From: Elainellaceae cyanobacterium
GTDB taxonomy: Bacteria; Cyanobacteriota; Cyanobacteriia; CAZCXK01
DNA: 63,002 nucleotides
NCBI GenBank assembly: GCA_051117555.1
Contig: JBNPEG010000028.1
Location: 1 to 63,002, forward strand
Direction: 5' to 3'
Translations under genes and position numbers: made by a program
In this document: in pieces, positions 1 to 8,960 of the stretch
Layout: each line of letters opens with the position of its first letter
Position numbering within the stretch: the stretch's first letter is position 1
The notes under the pieces: model-generated
Seen by the model: only the letters and a program-made list of their open reading frames with translations
What the model was told of the DNA's origin: nothing
Databases searched by the model: none

Positions 1-68
1 TTCTCGCTGAGATGCGAAAACATAAGCAAGCGGATGATGGCAACAAGTTTGAAGAAATTATTGAATAG
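1..68 (+). CDS. 3' end of an upstream CDS (partial, product unknown)
   Basis: Frame from base 3 reads LAEMRKHKQADDGNKFEEIIE to TAG at 66-68; runs off the window edge. Confidence 0.35.
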   Translation, partial: LAEMRKHKQADDGNKFEEIIE

Positions 69-173
69 CTAATAGAAATATTCAGGATGATGACTCCAGT
101 TGAACTAAGTCGTCAGTTTTCAGGCAAATCAACCTCTCAGTCCTGTCCATTTCCAGCCTATAGGAGTCCCCTA

Positions 174-392
174 GTGGAAGTAGAATCCTTCGATCAACTC
201 ATTCAGGAAATTGGCAAAACTCCAGCCTATCGGTTGCGAGAAGTGTTGGACTTTTTGCAGTTTCTCAATGCTAAAATCACCCGCGGCGTGCCAGCTCACG
301 AAGCTAATCCCTATCCCGTGCGGGGTTTGCCCATTCAGTACATCGACCCGACCGAACCCGTCGCCCTAGAAGATTGGGAAGCATTGCAATGA
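174..392 (+). CDS. DUF2281-like putative antitoxin
   Basis: EVLDFLQFL helix and C-terminal YPVRGLPIQYIDPTEPVALEDWEAL, typical of small proteins upstream of cyanobacterial PIN toxins. AGGAG at 162-166 precedes GTG 174 (ORF track starts at 87). Stop overlaps the next ATG (ATGA). Confidence 0.6.
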   Translation: MEVESFDQLIQEIGKTPAYRLREVLDFLQFLNAKITRGVPAHEANPYPVRGLPIQYIDPTEPVALEDWEALQ

Positions 393-629
393 TTGTGCTC
401 AATACCCATATTTGGATTTGGTGGGTGCAAGACGAGGCGAAGCTCAGCCCCAACGCTTATCAAACCATCCAAGACCATGAAGATATCGGCATCGGCATCA
501 GCGTTTTTTCCTGCTGGACAGTTCGGTCAGTTTCATCGCAGCGATCGCCAAGTCACTCAAGATCTCAATCTGTACCGGGTGCCTGCCGACCTAGAAGACC
601 TGCTCCGCATTCTGGTGCATCGATTATAG
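389..629 (+). pseudogene. vapC: Truncated PIN/VapC toxin fused to an out-of-frame gene remnant
   Basis: MIVLNTHIWIWW...ISVFSCW matches the PIN N-terminus but with catalytic D replaced by N. Similarity stops at ~518. Another frame then reads QFGQFHRSDRQVTQDLNLYRVPADLEDLLRILVHRL* to 629. Confidence 0.65.
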
Positions 630-696
630 CCGTAAGCCTTTTTCCTGACGGTACCGACATGAAAGTGTGGTTCGACTCTGATTTGAGGATAGCGCT

Positions 697-1029
697 ATGA
701 AGCCAGCCTTATCCAATACCCTCAGCCCCGTGCTCAATACCCTCAAGCAATACCTGCAAGCCCAGTACCAGACCCGACTTCGTCAGGTGGTGCTGTTTGG
801 CTCCCACGCTCGCCAACAGGCCACAACCGATTCCGATGTGGATGTCCTGATCGTGCTCGATGACCCCGTCGATGCCAGCGCAGAAGGGCAGTGCACCAGT
901 GAATTCATCGCCCAACTGTGCCTAGAACATGACTTACTAATCTCGTGTTTTTTTCTACCCTCATCCCGCTACCAAACCGAAAACTCGCCCCTGCTGCGCA
1001 ATATCCGCCGCGAGGGCATCGTGCTATGA
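697..1029 (+). CDS. Minimal nucleotidyltransferase (MNT) antitoxin
   Basis: LFGSHAR...DSDVDVLIV motif; C-terminal SPLLRNIRREGI. Confidence 0.85.
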   Translation: MKPALSNTLSPVLNTLKQYLQAQYQTRLRQVVLFGSHARQQATTDSDVDVLIVLDDPVDASAEGQCTSEFIAQLCLEHDLLISCFFLPSSRYQTENSPLLRNIRREGIVL

Positions 1030-1406
1030 CCCCAGAACAGCAGTTGCTTGTGGCGAAAGCTCAAAACAGCTTAGATGCTGCCAATCAGCTTGTCCAGCAA
1101 GGGTTTTATGACATTGCGGTTTCCCGTGCCTACTACAGCATGTTCTACATTGCCGAGGCGTTGCTGGATCGGGAGGGACTTTCTTTTTCTAGCCATGCTG
1201 GAGTGATTAGCGCCTTTGGGCGATCGCTGGCTCGCCCCGGCAAAGTCCCAGTCGAATTTCACCGTTACCTAATCGATGCTCAACGCCTGCGCACCCGGGC
1301 CGATTACGACCTGAAACCGAACCTATCGTCACAAGACGCCCAAACCCTAATCACCCAAGCCCAGACATTGATCGAGTTAGCCCACCAATATCTCGACAAC
1401 GCCTAG
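1026..1406 (+). CDS. HEPN-domain protein (MNT-HEPN toxin partner)
   Basis: AVSRAYYSMF, SSHAGVISAFG and RLRTRADY motifs; ATG 1026 overlaps the MNT stop (ATGA). Confidence 0.85.
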   Translation: MTPEQQLLVAKAQNSLDAANQLVQQGFYDIAVSRAYYSMFYIAEALLDREGLSFSSHAGVISAFGRSLARPGKVPVEFHRYLIDAQRLRTRADYDLKPNLSSQDAQTLITQAQTLIELAHQYLDNA

Positions 1407-1440
1407 CCACCATTCGTGAGGTCTCAACGGCAAACCCACC

Positions 1441-4400
1441 ATGCTAGACACCGTCATCCAAACCCTAGAGCGTCAGCAGCGCCCCTACTACTTGCCCCAA
1501 GGCAACCCTATCAAAGGGGTTGATAAGCAGTATTGGCTCATCTTTCGCCATCGCGACCTCGATAAGCCCGGCAGCCTGCTGAGCGGCATTGCGTCTTTAT
1601 TGGGCTTCAAAGAAACCAACAAGCCCCCTAGCCACCGCATCCTGCGGATCGACCTCGACAGCGCCAAAGTCTACTCCTACATTCCCCGACAGGATGGCGA
1701 CATCCCTACCACTGCTCTGCTGCGCACCGCCATTCCCACAGTCATCGAGCGCTTCCTGAAGTTAGAGGGCAGCCGCAAAGAATCCGCCCTGCTAGAAGGC
1801 AGTTTTCGAGAAGTACGGGGCATCAAGCGCCGCTACAGCCTGCCGGAAAATATCGCCCCCTACGACAAGGTAATTAGCCAACTGCTAGAACGCAGCGTCA
1901 CCTATCGCCGCTCTACCGCCTACTTCGACAGCGGGGTACTGAAGCTCTACGAAGAACCCCTGCAAAAAATCATCCAGACCGATGGTCGCATTCGCCTGCT
2001 GATGGACTGGCAGGGCTTCACCAAACGGGCCGATATTGCCGAGCTAGAGCGCCTGCACGACCCGGACTATCGCGCCCAGTTTGCCCAGCGCACCCTGCAA
2101 GAATTCCTGCAAGGGTTGGATGAAGCCGCTTTTACCAGTACCCAGGTGCTGGCCGAGCTGGTGCGGTTGGAGTTCCTGCAAATTCGCCTCGTGAAAATGC
2201 AGCAAGGCCGCGCCATTTATCACAAGAAGACGGGCATCTTCAGCGATCGCATGGAAAACCATGTGCAGCACGAAGGGTCTGATAACTTCACCCGTGCCGC
2301 CCACTCCCGCAATGCCGAAAGCGTCACCTTCCTGTTCTCCTGGGACAAGCTCGACCGGGAAGCGATCGCTGAGAGCATCCAGGAATTCGATGCCGAATGG
2401 GAACGGGAAGACCTTACCTTTGACCTCAGCCAAGAGTTTCTGCATCAGGTGTTAGAGGAGCGCGATCGCCGTGCCAAACTCAAGCAGCCCACCATCGACA
2501 CCATCACCCCTGACACCCTGCCCCCCGGCGAGACCACCAAAGTCACCGTCACCGGCGACAACCTGGACCAGGTCAATGACATCCAGGTCGAGGGGGACGA
2601 TTTGGTCGAGGTTGAGGTGAAAAAGAAGACCCCAAAAGAACTGAAGGCCGACGTCACCGTCTCCCCCGATCATCCCCCTCGCGATGTCGGCGATTTTATC
2701 GTCAGCACCACCACGGGCACCTACACCGTGCCCCCCGCCAAAACGCCCCAGGTGCCCCCAGCAGAACCCCTGCCGGAGTACGCCGAGATTGAAGGCTTTA
2801 AGCAGGCGATCGAGCTGATTCAGTCCGGGCTACACGGCATCCCCAACGACTTCCTCTACTGGTGCGCCCAGCAACGTCGCCGTCAGTTCCGGGTGGAGTC
2901 AAGCGACCTGCTAGACCAGCTCGTCAACGAAGGCATCCTGTTTGAACACCAAAAATCGGGTGCTCAGCACTGCCTGCGGGTCATGGAAGACTTTGGCGTC
3001 GCGGTCTGTGCCGATGCTGTCGGTCTGGGCAAAACCCGTCTCGCCGCCGCCGTCACCCGCCTCTATCACCAAAGCGAAGGACAGGCCAAAGTCGCCATCA
3101 TCGCCGCCCGTAAACTGCATCCCAACTGGGTACGCGAAATGGCCGAACTCGGTTTCCGCAACAACGAGTATGAGCTGTACAACAAGAACCTGATGAGCCG
3201 CAAAGGCAACGGCTTTGTGGACGACTTCAACCGCTACGGTGGCCCCGATCTGGTAATCATCGACGAGGCCCATGAAGGCATTCGCAATTATAAGAACCGC
3301 ATCCACAAGATGTGTCTGCAAATCCGTGAGCAGGATCGACAGAACAACCGCCAGCGTCATTTCCTGCTACTAACCGCCACCCCTTGGAACAACCGCCGCG
3401 AAGACATCTACAACATCCTCTCCCCGTTCATCACCCGTCCCGAAGGCTTCACCGAACTCAACTTTCCGCCTGAAGTTGCCCAATGGTTCCAGTCCCGCGA
3501 GGGCGGTGTCGAGAGCTTCACCGACGACGACAAGTGGTTCCGCCGCACCTACCGCGAACTGTTCCTTCAGCGCACCCGCCAAATGCTGCGGGAGGCCATG
3601 CCCAACCTGGCCGTCTATGCCAAGCGTCAGGCCGAATGGCTCCCCGTCGAGTTTGAGGACGCCACTGAGCAGGCCCTAGAGCAAATCTTTACCCAGTTTG
3701 AAACCCAGCTCTACATTCCCTTTGCTGACCCTGTGCGCTACCTGCGCGGCGATGAAGAACAGCGATCGCTGCTGCAAAACCAGCGTCGCTTCTTCTTGCA
3801 ACGGGCCGAGTCCAGCATGTACGCTCTAAAGCGTACCATTGAGAACTTCCGAGGCCGCATTTTGCAAATGCAGGAGCGGCTCTCGAAGGTGGAACCCACT
3901 GCCGATGGGTTGCAAGCCTTCCTGTTTGAACACTACGGCTTCTTGACTGAGGAACCAGAGCAGGGCGACCTGTTCGATTTCAGTGATCGCGAAGCCTGGG
4001 ATGATGACTGGATGGAACCGGAAGAGGACGAAGACGAAGAGTCGGATGCGGACAAGGAAGCCAAACGTCAGCAGCTCCGCCGCACCATTGAGCTAGCGGT
4101 TGAACGTCTTCAGGGCAACCCCACTGAAGCCCGTCGCGTCTATGACCATATGTGGTCCGCCTGCGATTGTGACTTAATGCAGCTCAATGAGATTCAAAGC
4201 CTGCTGGCAGAAGAATTCGTTAAAGATCATAAGCGGGAGAAGGTCACTACCCAGGTACAGGAACTGGTCGCCCAAGGCCATAAGGTGCTGCTGATTTCCA
4301 CCTTCTCTGACACCGTCATCGACTATTACCGCTACATGGGGCAAGATCCCATCATTCAGCAAAAAGGTATTGGTATGGCGACGGGTTCCACCAAAGCTTA

Positions 4401-5697
4401 CTTCCCCGCCGATAGCGACAGCTACGTGCGCGTCTTGCCCCACAACCTGCTGCGGGGCAAGCAAGAACTGAAGGGGCTAAAACGCCAGCAGCTATTCCGG
4501 CTGTTTGCGCCGGTGGCTACCTGCCGGGAGGAGAGCGATCGCCCCCGTCCGGAAGAAGAAATCAGCGTCCTTATCGGGTCAGAAACCGTCTCCGTTGGGC
4601 AAAACCTTCAGGATGCCGACTACCTCATCAACATCGACTTGCCCTGGAACCCCATGATTCTAGAGCAGCGCATTGGCCGCATCGACCGTCCCAAGCAGCG
4701 CCCCGTCGAATACATCCACATCTACTACGCCAATAGCCAGAGCCAACTGCTCCGCCAAGCCAGCCGTCTCAAAAACCTCAACAAAAAGCTGGTCGGGGAC
4801 GACCTAGTCAAAGATGATCAGAACATCGACCGCCTTACCGACATCAGCAAGCTCGGTGCTTCTATTTACGGTGATACTCTATTCGATGACACCATCCTGC
4901 CGGGATACATCGAGTTCCTCGACACCCTCACCAAAGCCCGCCGTATGGAGCAAGAGAGCTTTCAGGAGAAGGTCTATCAGCAGCAGGAAACCTGCCAAGA
5001 CCTCTACTCTCAACAAGAACTGCTCTTTACCGAAGACATCAGCCAGCGACTCAAAGAAATGGGGGACGATTACCTACCCAACCCTATTGCCCTCGGCTCG
5101 CGCACCAACGACGACCAAGATCCTGCCAGCCTAGCCGCTCTCACCATCGAATACTTTGGCCCCAACGGTGAAACCATCCCCAGCCGTCAGGAGCAAGTCT
5201 TTTGGAACGACCAAACCGGAGAAAGGGATGGCTTCGGCATGGCGATCGCCACAGCGTTCAGGACTCCCAAAATCCTATCGGTTCTACCGACCAGCAAGTT
5301 GCTAATCCATACCGATGGTCTCTACCGGCAGCTTGTTGCCCTCAAGAACCAGCTATCCAGTCAGCTAGAGGGTGAGGAAACCCTGGAAAACGTGACCATT
5401 ACCTCATCTCGACTAAACCGGATTCAGCAGCGTATCAGTACGCTCGACAAGTTGCCAGATGGCCTAGAGCCAAAGGTAGTAAGGGGCATCCTCAAGAAGC
5501 TCAATTCCTGGAAGAACCTGAAAGCCGTTCAAAAACTTCTGCGAAACTATACAGACGGAACCAATGCGGATTTGGAAGACGTGGTATTTGTTCAACAACT
5601 TGTTACGGACGCAGATGCTTTAAGCCTCTTAGGCTCCGAGGAAATCAAGGCTGTTAACCTACGGGTGGAATTGTCGGCACTGCTCCTGAGAACGTAA
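1441..5697 (+). CDS. PLD-like nuclease + Ig-like (IPT/TIG) insert + SNF2-type SF2 helicase
   Basis: HKKTGIFSD...GSDN (HKD motif); ADAVGLGKT Walker A; DEAH; LLLTATPWNN; GQNLQDADYLINIDLPWNPMILEQRIGRIDR (motifs V-VI). Confidence 0.85.
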   Translation: MLDTVIQTLERQQRPYYLPQGNPIKGVDKQYWLIFRHRDLDKPGSLLSGIASLLGFKETNKPPSHRILRIDLDSAKVYSYIPRQDGDIPTTALLRTAIPTVIERFLKLEGSRKESALLEGSFREVRGIKRRYSLPENIAPYDKVISQLLERSVTYRRSTAYFDSGVLKLYEEPLQKIIQTDGRIRLLMDWQGFTKRADIAELERLHDPDYRAQFAQRTLQEFLQGLDEAAFTSTQVLAELVRLEFLQIRLVKMQQGRAIYHKKTGIFSDRMENHVQHEGSDNFTRAAHSRNAESVTFLFSWDKLDREAIAESIQEFDAEWEREDLTFDLSQEFLHQVLEERDRRAKLKQPTIDTITPDTLPPGETTKVTVTGDNLDQVNDIQVEGDDLVEVEVKKKTPKELKADVTVSPDHPPRDVGDFIVSTTTGTYTVPPAKTPQVPPAEPLPEYAEIEGFKQAIELIQSGLHGIPNDFLYWCAQQRRRQFRVESSDLLDQLVNEGILFEHQKSGAQHCLRVMEDFGVAVCADAVGLGKTRLAAAVTRLYHQSEGQAKVAIIAARKLHPNWVREMAELGFRNNEYELYNKNLMSRKGNGFVDDFNRYGGPDLVIIDEAHEGIRNYKNRIHKMCLQIREQDRQNNRQRHFLLLTATPWNNRREDIYNILSPFITRPEGFTELNFPPEVAQWFQSREGGVESFTDDDKWFRRTYRELFLQRTRQMLREAMPNLAVYAKRQAEWLPVEFEDATEQALEQIFTQFETQLYIPFADPVRYLRGDEEQRSLLQNQRRFFLQRAESSMYALKRTIENFRGRILQMQERLSKVEPTADGLQAFLFEHYGFLTEEPEQGDLFDFSDREAWDDDWMEPEEDEDEESDADKEAKRQQLRRTIELAVERLQGNPTEARRVYDHMWSACDCDLMQLNEIQSLLAEEFVKDHKREKVTTQVQELVAQGHKVLLISTFSDTVIDYYRYMGQDPIIQQKGIGMATGSTKAYFPADSDSYVRVLPHNLLRGKQELKGLKRQQLFRLFAPVATCREESDRPRPEEEISVLIGSETVSVGQNLQDADYLINIDLPWNPMILEQRIGRIDRPKQRPVEYIHIYYANSQSQLLRQASRLKNLNKKLVGDDLVKDDQNIDRLTDISKLGASIYGDTLFDDTILPGYIEFLDTLTKARRMEQESFQEKVYQQQETCQDLYSQQELLFTEDISQRLKEMGDDYLPNPIALGSRTNDDQDPASLAALTIEYFGPNGETIPSRQEQVFWNDQTGERDGFGMAIATAFRTPKILSVLPTSKLLIHTDGLYRQLVALKNQLSSQLEGEETLENVTITSSRLNRIQQRISTLDKLPDGLEPKVVRGILKKLNSWKNLKAVQKLLRNYTDGTNADLEDVVFVQQLVTDADALSLLGSEEIKAVNLRVELSALLLRT

Positions 5698-5991
5698 GTA
5701 AAATAAGGGCGGTTTGGTCCACATCCCGCCCTTCCAACTGGCACATCGAATATTTCAACGCAGTAATCAGACATGTAGAGACTCTAGCCAGGAAATTATG
5801 TTAACGAGTCAGCGCTGTTCTCAATTGTTATCACACGGGCTCAGATTTATATGTAGACCTCCACGGCGGGCAAGTTCCACATGTGTCAACATCCTAATTA
5901 GATGCGTCAGCAGCGTGAATTGCTTGTTCTCCAGTAAAGCCGCGATCGCCACTACCAGTAACTTGCCCATTCTTTTCAGAAATGTGGGAAG

Positions 5992-7650
5992 TCATCCCGC
6001 TGTAATCGAGACAGGCTCTAGAACCGGCACAAGTGTAGCGTCAAATTCTGACTCAAAGCACTCTTTTTTGTAGTTGAGGCTCCAAAGCTCTAAGCTACAG
6101 TCGTCGTTGGGCGTGATGCCATGCAAATAGAGATAGAGTTCGCGATCGCCCGCGCGATAATCACACCGAATACTTTGGATTGCGCCAATCTGTCTGCGAT
6201 CAAGCGCAACGGCTAACCGCAAAAGTGCGCTCAGTTGGTCGACGATATGACGATGAATTTTGCTGCCCAAATTGCGATAGTTCTCATGCTTTTTCTTAGG
6301 AGCACTCTTGCGATGGTATCGAGCTAAATTCGCAATGGTTTCAATCTGCACCTCGGTATAGCCCAATAATTCTCCATTGCGGATGAGATAGTAAGAATGT
6401 TTGTGATGAGAGGCGTGGCTGACGAAGTGTCCGCAATTGTGGAGAATAGCAGCAGCCCACAACAATCCCCGTTCTTCAGTGCCCCAGTCATGCAGTGTGC
6501 CCTGAGTCTGGTCAAATAGGCTGAGGGCAAAGTCAGCCACTCGTTCCGCGTGAGCAAGATTGATGTGATATTTGTGAGCGAGTTTCAAGACACTCCGCTG
6601 ACGAATCGAGCTTTGGTACCGCAAGCGGTCTTCAATCAACCCGTGGGCAAGCATCCAGTCAACAACCACCCCTTCTCGGAGCGATCGCTCACAGATCCTG
6701 ATAGAGTCCAGGTTCAAAAGCGTCATTGCCTCCTGAAGAATTACAGCACCGGCTAAAATAATTTCTGCCCGCCGTGCTGACATACCCGGAACGTTAAGCC
6801 GTTCCTCAAAATCGAGCTTGCGCAACCGATTAACAATGTCTCGCAAGTCTTCGAGGCTAAATTCGTAACCATTCAACGTGCTCGGAGCTTCTCCGTACTT
6901 GTCAGACGCATGGATTGCGGCTAATGCCTCGATCGTGCCCGATGTACCGACGAGCCGAGGTGTTTCTTGAGGAGATAGCTGAGACTGTAATTCTTCGATG
7001 GGGCGTTCTAGCATGCCCCGCACAAATGCTTGTAAATATTGAAACTCGGTGTTGCTGATTGGGTCGGTGGTGACAAATTCGGATGTCAGCCGCACCGCTC
7101 CTATTTTAGTGCTGCTGAGTGAACGGGGATCGTCGCCGTCTCCAAGAATTAGCTCCGTCGAACCGCCTCCAATATCAATAATGGCATGGGGTTGGTGATG
7201 AAACTCCATGCCCGACATCACGCCTAAATAGATGCGTCGAGCCTCTTCCTCCCCGGAAATGAGATCAATCGAGAGCCCCAGCTTAACCTCAACCTCGTGG
7301 AGAAAATCCCGCCCGTTAGGGGCTTCTCGGACTGCACTAGTTGCGACAGCGACAATGTCTTCGGCATTCATACTCCTAGCCATTTCGCGGCATCGCTTGA
7401 GGGCGCCCATCGCGCGTTCTATGGCACTGGCAGTAAGCCGACCTGTGTGTTTATCGCGATCGCCCAATCGAACCGTATTTTTTTCACGCGCGATGATTGT
7501 GAACGACGGCAAATCTGGTTGAATCTTGACAACCACTAAGTGAATTGAATTCGTACCGACATCGATAGCAGCTAAGATGCGATCTTGATTGAGAGATGAC
7601 AGAGGAAGATGGAGCAAATCATCTTTGCTCTGAGACATTGAATAAACCAT
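5992..7650 (-). CDS. ppx: Exopolyphosphatase Ppx/GppA
   Basis: AAIDVGTNS, ATSAVREAPN, IDIGGGSTE, SLREG motifs; C-terminal HD-like domain. Confidence 0.95.
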   Translation of the reverse strand: MVYSMSQSKDDLLHLPLSSLNQDRILAAIDVGTNSIHLVVVKIQPDLPSFTIIAREKNTVRLGDRDKHTGRLTASAIERAMGALKRCREMARSMNAEDIVAVATSAVREAPNGRDFLHEVEVKLGLSIDLISGEEEARRIYLGVMSGMEFHHQPHAIIDIGGGSTELILGDGDDPRSLSSTKIGAVRLTSEFVTTDPISNTEFQYLQAFVRGMLERPIEELQSQLSPQETPRLVGTSGTIEALAAIHASDKYGEAPSTLNGYEFSLEDLRDIVNRLRKLDFEERLNVPGMSARRAEIILAGAVILQEAMTLLNLDSIRICERSLREGVVVDWMLAHGLIEDRLRYQSSIRQRSVLKLAHKYHINLAHAERVADFALSLFDQTQGTLHDWGTEERGLLWAAAILHNCGHFVSHASHHKHSYYLIRNGELLGYTEVQIETIANLARYHRKSAPKKKHENYRNLGSKIHRHIVDQLSALLRLAVALDRRQIGAIQSIRCDYRAGDRELYLYLHGITPNDDCSLELWSLNYKKECFESEFDATLVPVLEPVSITAG

Positions 7651-8048
7651 CTGACCGAGTCCAAAGGCACAAAAAGGGGACTGATTTTCGAATACTACTG
7701 GCTTTCGAATACTTTCGAATATTACGGATGGTAGTAGAATTTATCGGGATAAATTCATCCGGATTAAACCGAGTGAATTAAATCCATATTGATGAATTCG
7801 ACTCAATTTATAAGGATTGCCCTGATTTTATCGTGACCCGTTACAAATTCTGATGGATTCCATATGAAAATTGCATAGTAGGGATGAATGCTTTATCCCA
7901 TATTCATAAAGCACTATTCATAAACCCGCAATCTAGCAATGGGGGTATTTGCTGATTGAACTCGATCAGGCCCTACTTCCTAAAGAAAGACGATATTCTT
8001 AAAGTTGAGCTCATCCGGTCATCTACCCGCAATCCGACTATTCAGACT

Positions 8049-8960
8049 ATGCTGACGCATTCTCAATCTGAATCTGAATCAACGTGGCGCGCTATTGTAA
8101 GGCTTTTGCGCTGGCATAAGCCAACTGGACGACTCATTTTGATGGTGCCTGCCCTCTGGGCCGTATTTCTTGGCGCACATAGTGTCAACCCGGGCGAGTT
8201 GCCCCCCTTGCTACTTGTGTTAGTCATTATTTTAGGGAGTTTAGCCACAAGCGCAGCCGGGTGCGTAATCAATGACCTCTGGGATCGGGACATTGATCCA
8301 AATGTAGAGCGAACGCGCGATCGCCCCCTTGCATCTCGCCGTTTGACAGTCAGAACGGGGATTGGCGTTTTAATGGTTGCCTCTGCCTGCGCGGCAGGGT
8401 TGGCGTTTTATCTGCTATCAACTTCAAATGCGCTGACGTTTTGGCTATGCGTTGCAGCCGTGCCAATCATCGTGCTATATCCGCTGGCAAAACGAGTCTT
8501 TCCCATACCGCAGCTCGTATTATCGATTGCCTGGGGGTTTACCGTCCTCATTAGCTGGACAGCCGTTACGCAGAGCCTCAACTTCCCAATCTGGTTACTC
8601 TGGGGAGCAACCGTCTCATGGACACTCGGATTTGACACGGTATATGCCATGTCTGACCGAGAAGACGATCGCAAGCTCGGCGTAAATTCCAGCGCCCTCT
8701 TTTTTGGAGACAATGCTTCCGAAGCCGTTGGAGCCTTTTTTGCTGGGACAGCATTCTTGCTAGCCAGCATCGGGGTTGCCCTCAGCCTCAACGCTTGGTT
8801 TTGGGTGTCGTGGCTGGTGGCGATCGCCGGTTGGGTTTGGCATTATGCTGAGCTGCGCCCGCGTCATCCTCATCCATCAGTCTATGGACGGATATTCGGC
8901 CAAAACGTCTGGATTGGGTTCATTCTCCTACTCGGAATGATGTTAGGTGCTGTGATGTGA
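8049..8960 (+). CDS. ubiA: 4-hydroxybenzoate solanesyltransferase (UbiA family)
   Basis: NDLWDRDIDPNVERTRDRPLAS and DTVYAMSDREDD Asp-rich motifs; multiple TM helices; ATG 8049 chosen as start. Confidence 0.92.
   Translation: MLTHSQSESESTWRAIVRLLRWHKPTGRLILMVPALWAVFLGAHSVNPGELPPLLLVLVIILGSLATSAAGCVINDLWDRDIDPNVERTRDRPLASRRLTVRTGIGVLMVASACAAGLAFYLLSTSNALTFWLCVAAVPIIVLYPLAKRVFPIPQLVLSIAWGFTVLISWTAVTQSLNFPIWLLWGATVSWTLGFDTVYAMSDREDDRKLGVNSSALFFGDNASEAVGAFFAGTAFLLASIGVALSLNAWFWVSWLVAIAGWVWHYAELRPRHPHPSVYGRIFGQNVWIGFILLLGMMLGAVM

Noticed and set aside
374..700. Intact 108-aa PIN toxin
   Set aside because: PIN similarity ends after ~43 codons; the rest is read-through
945..1025. N-terminal extension of the HEPN ORF
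   Set aside because: Overlaps MNT; coupled ATG at 1026 is more plausible
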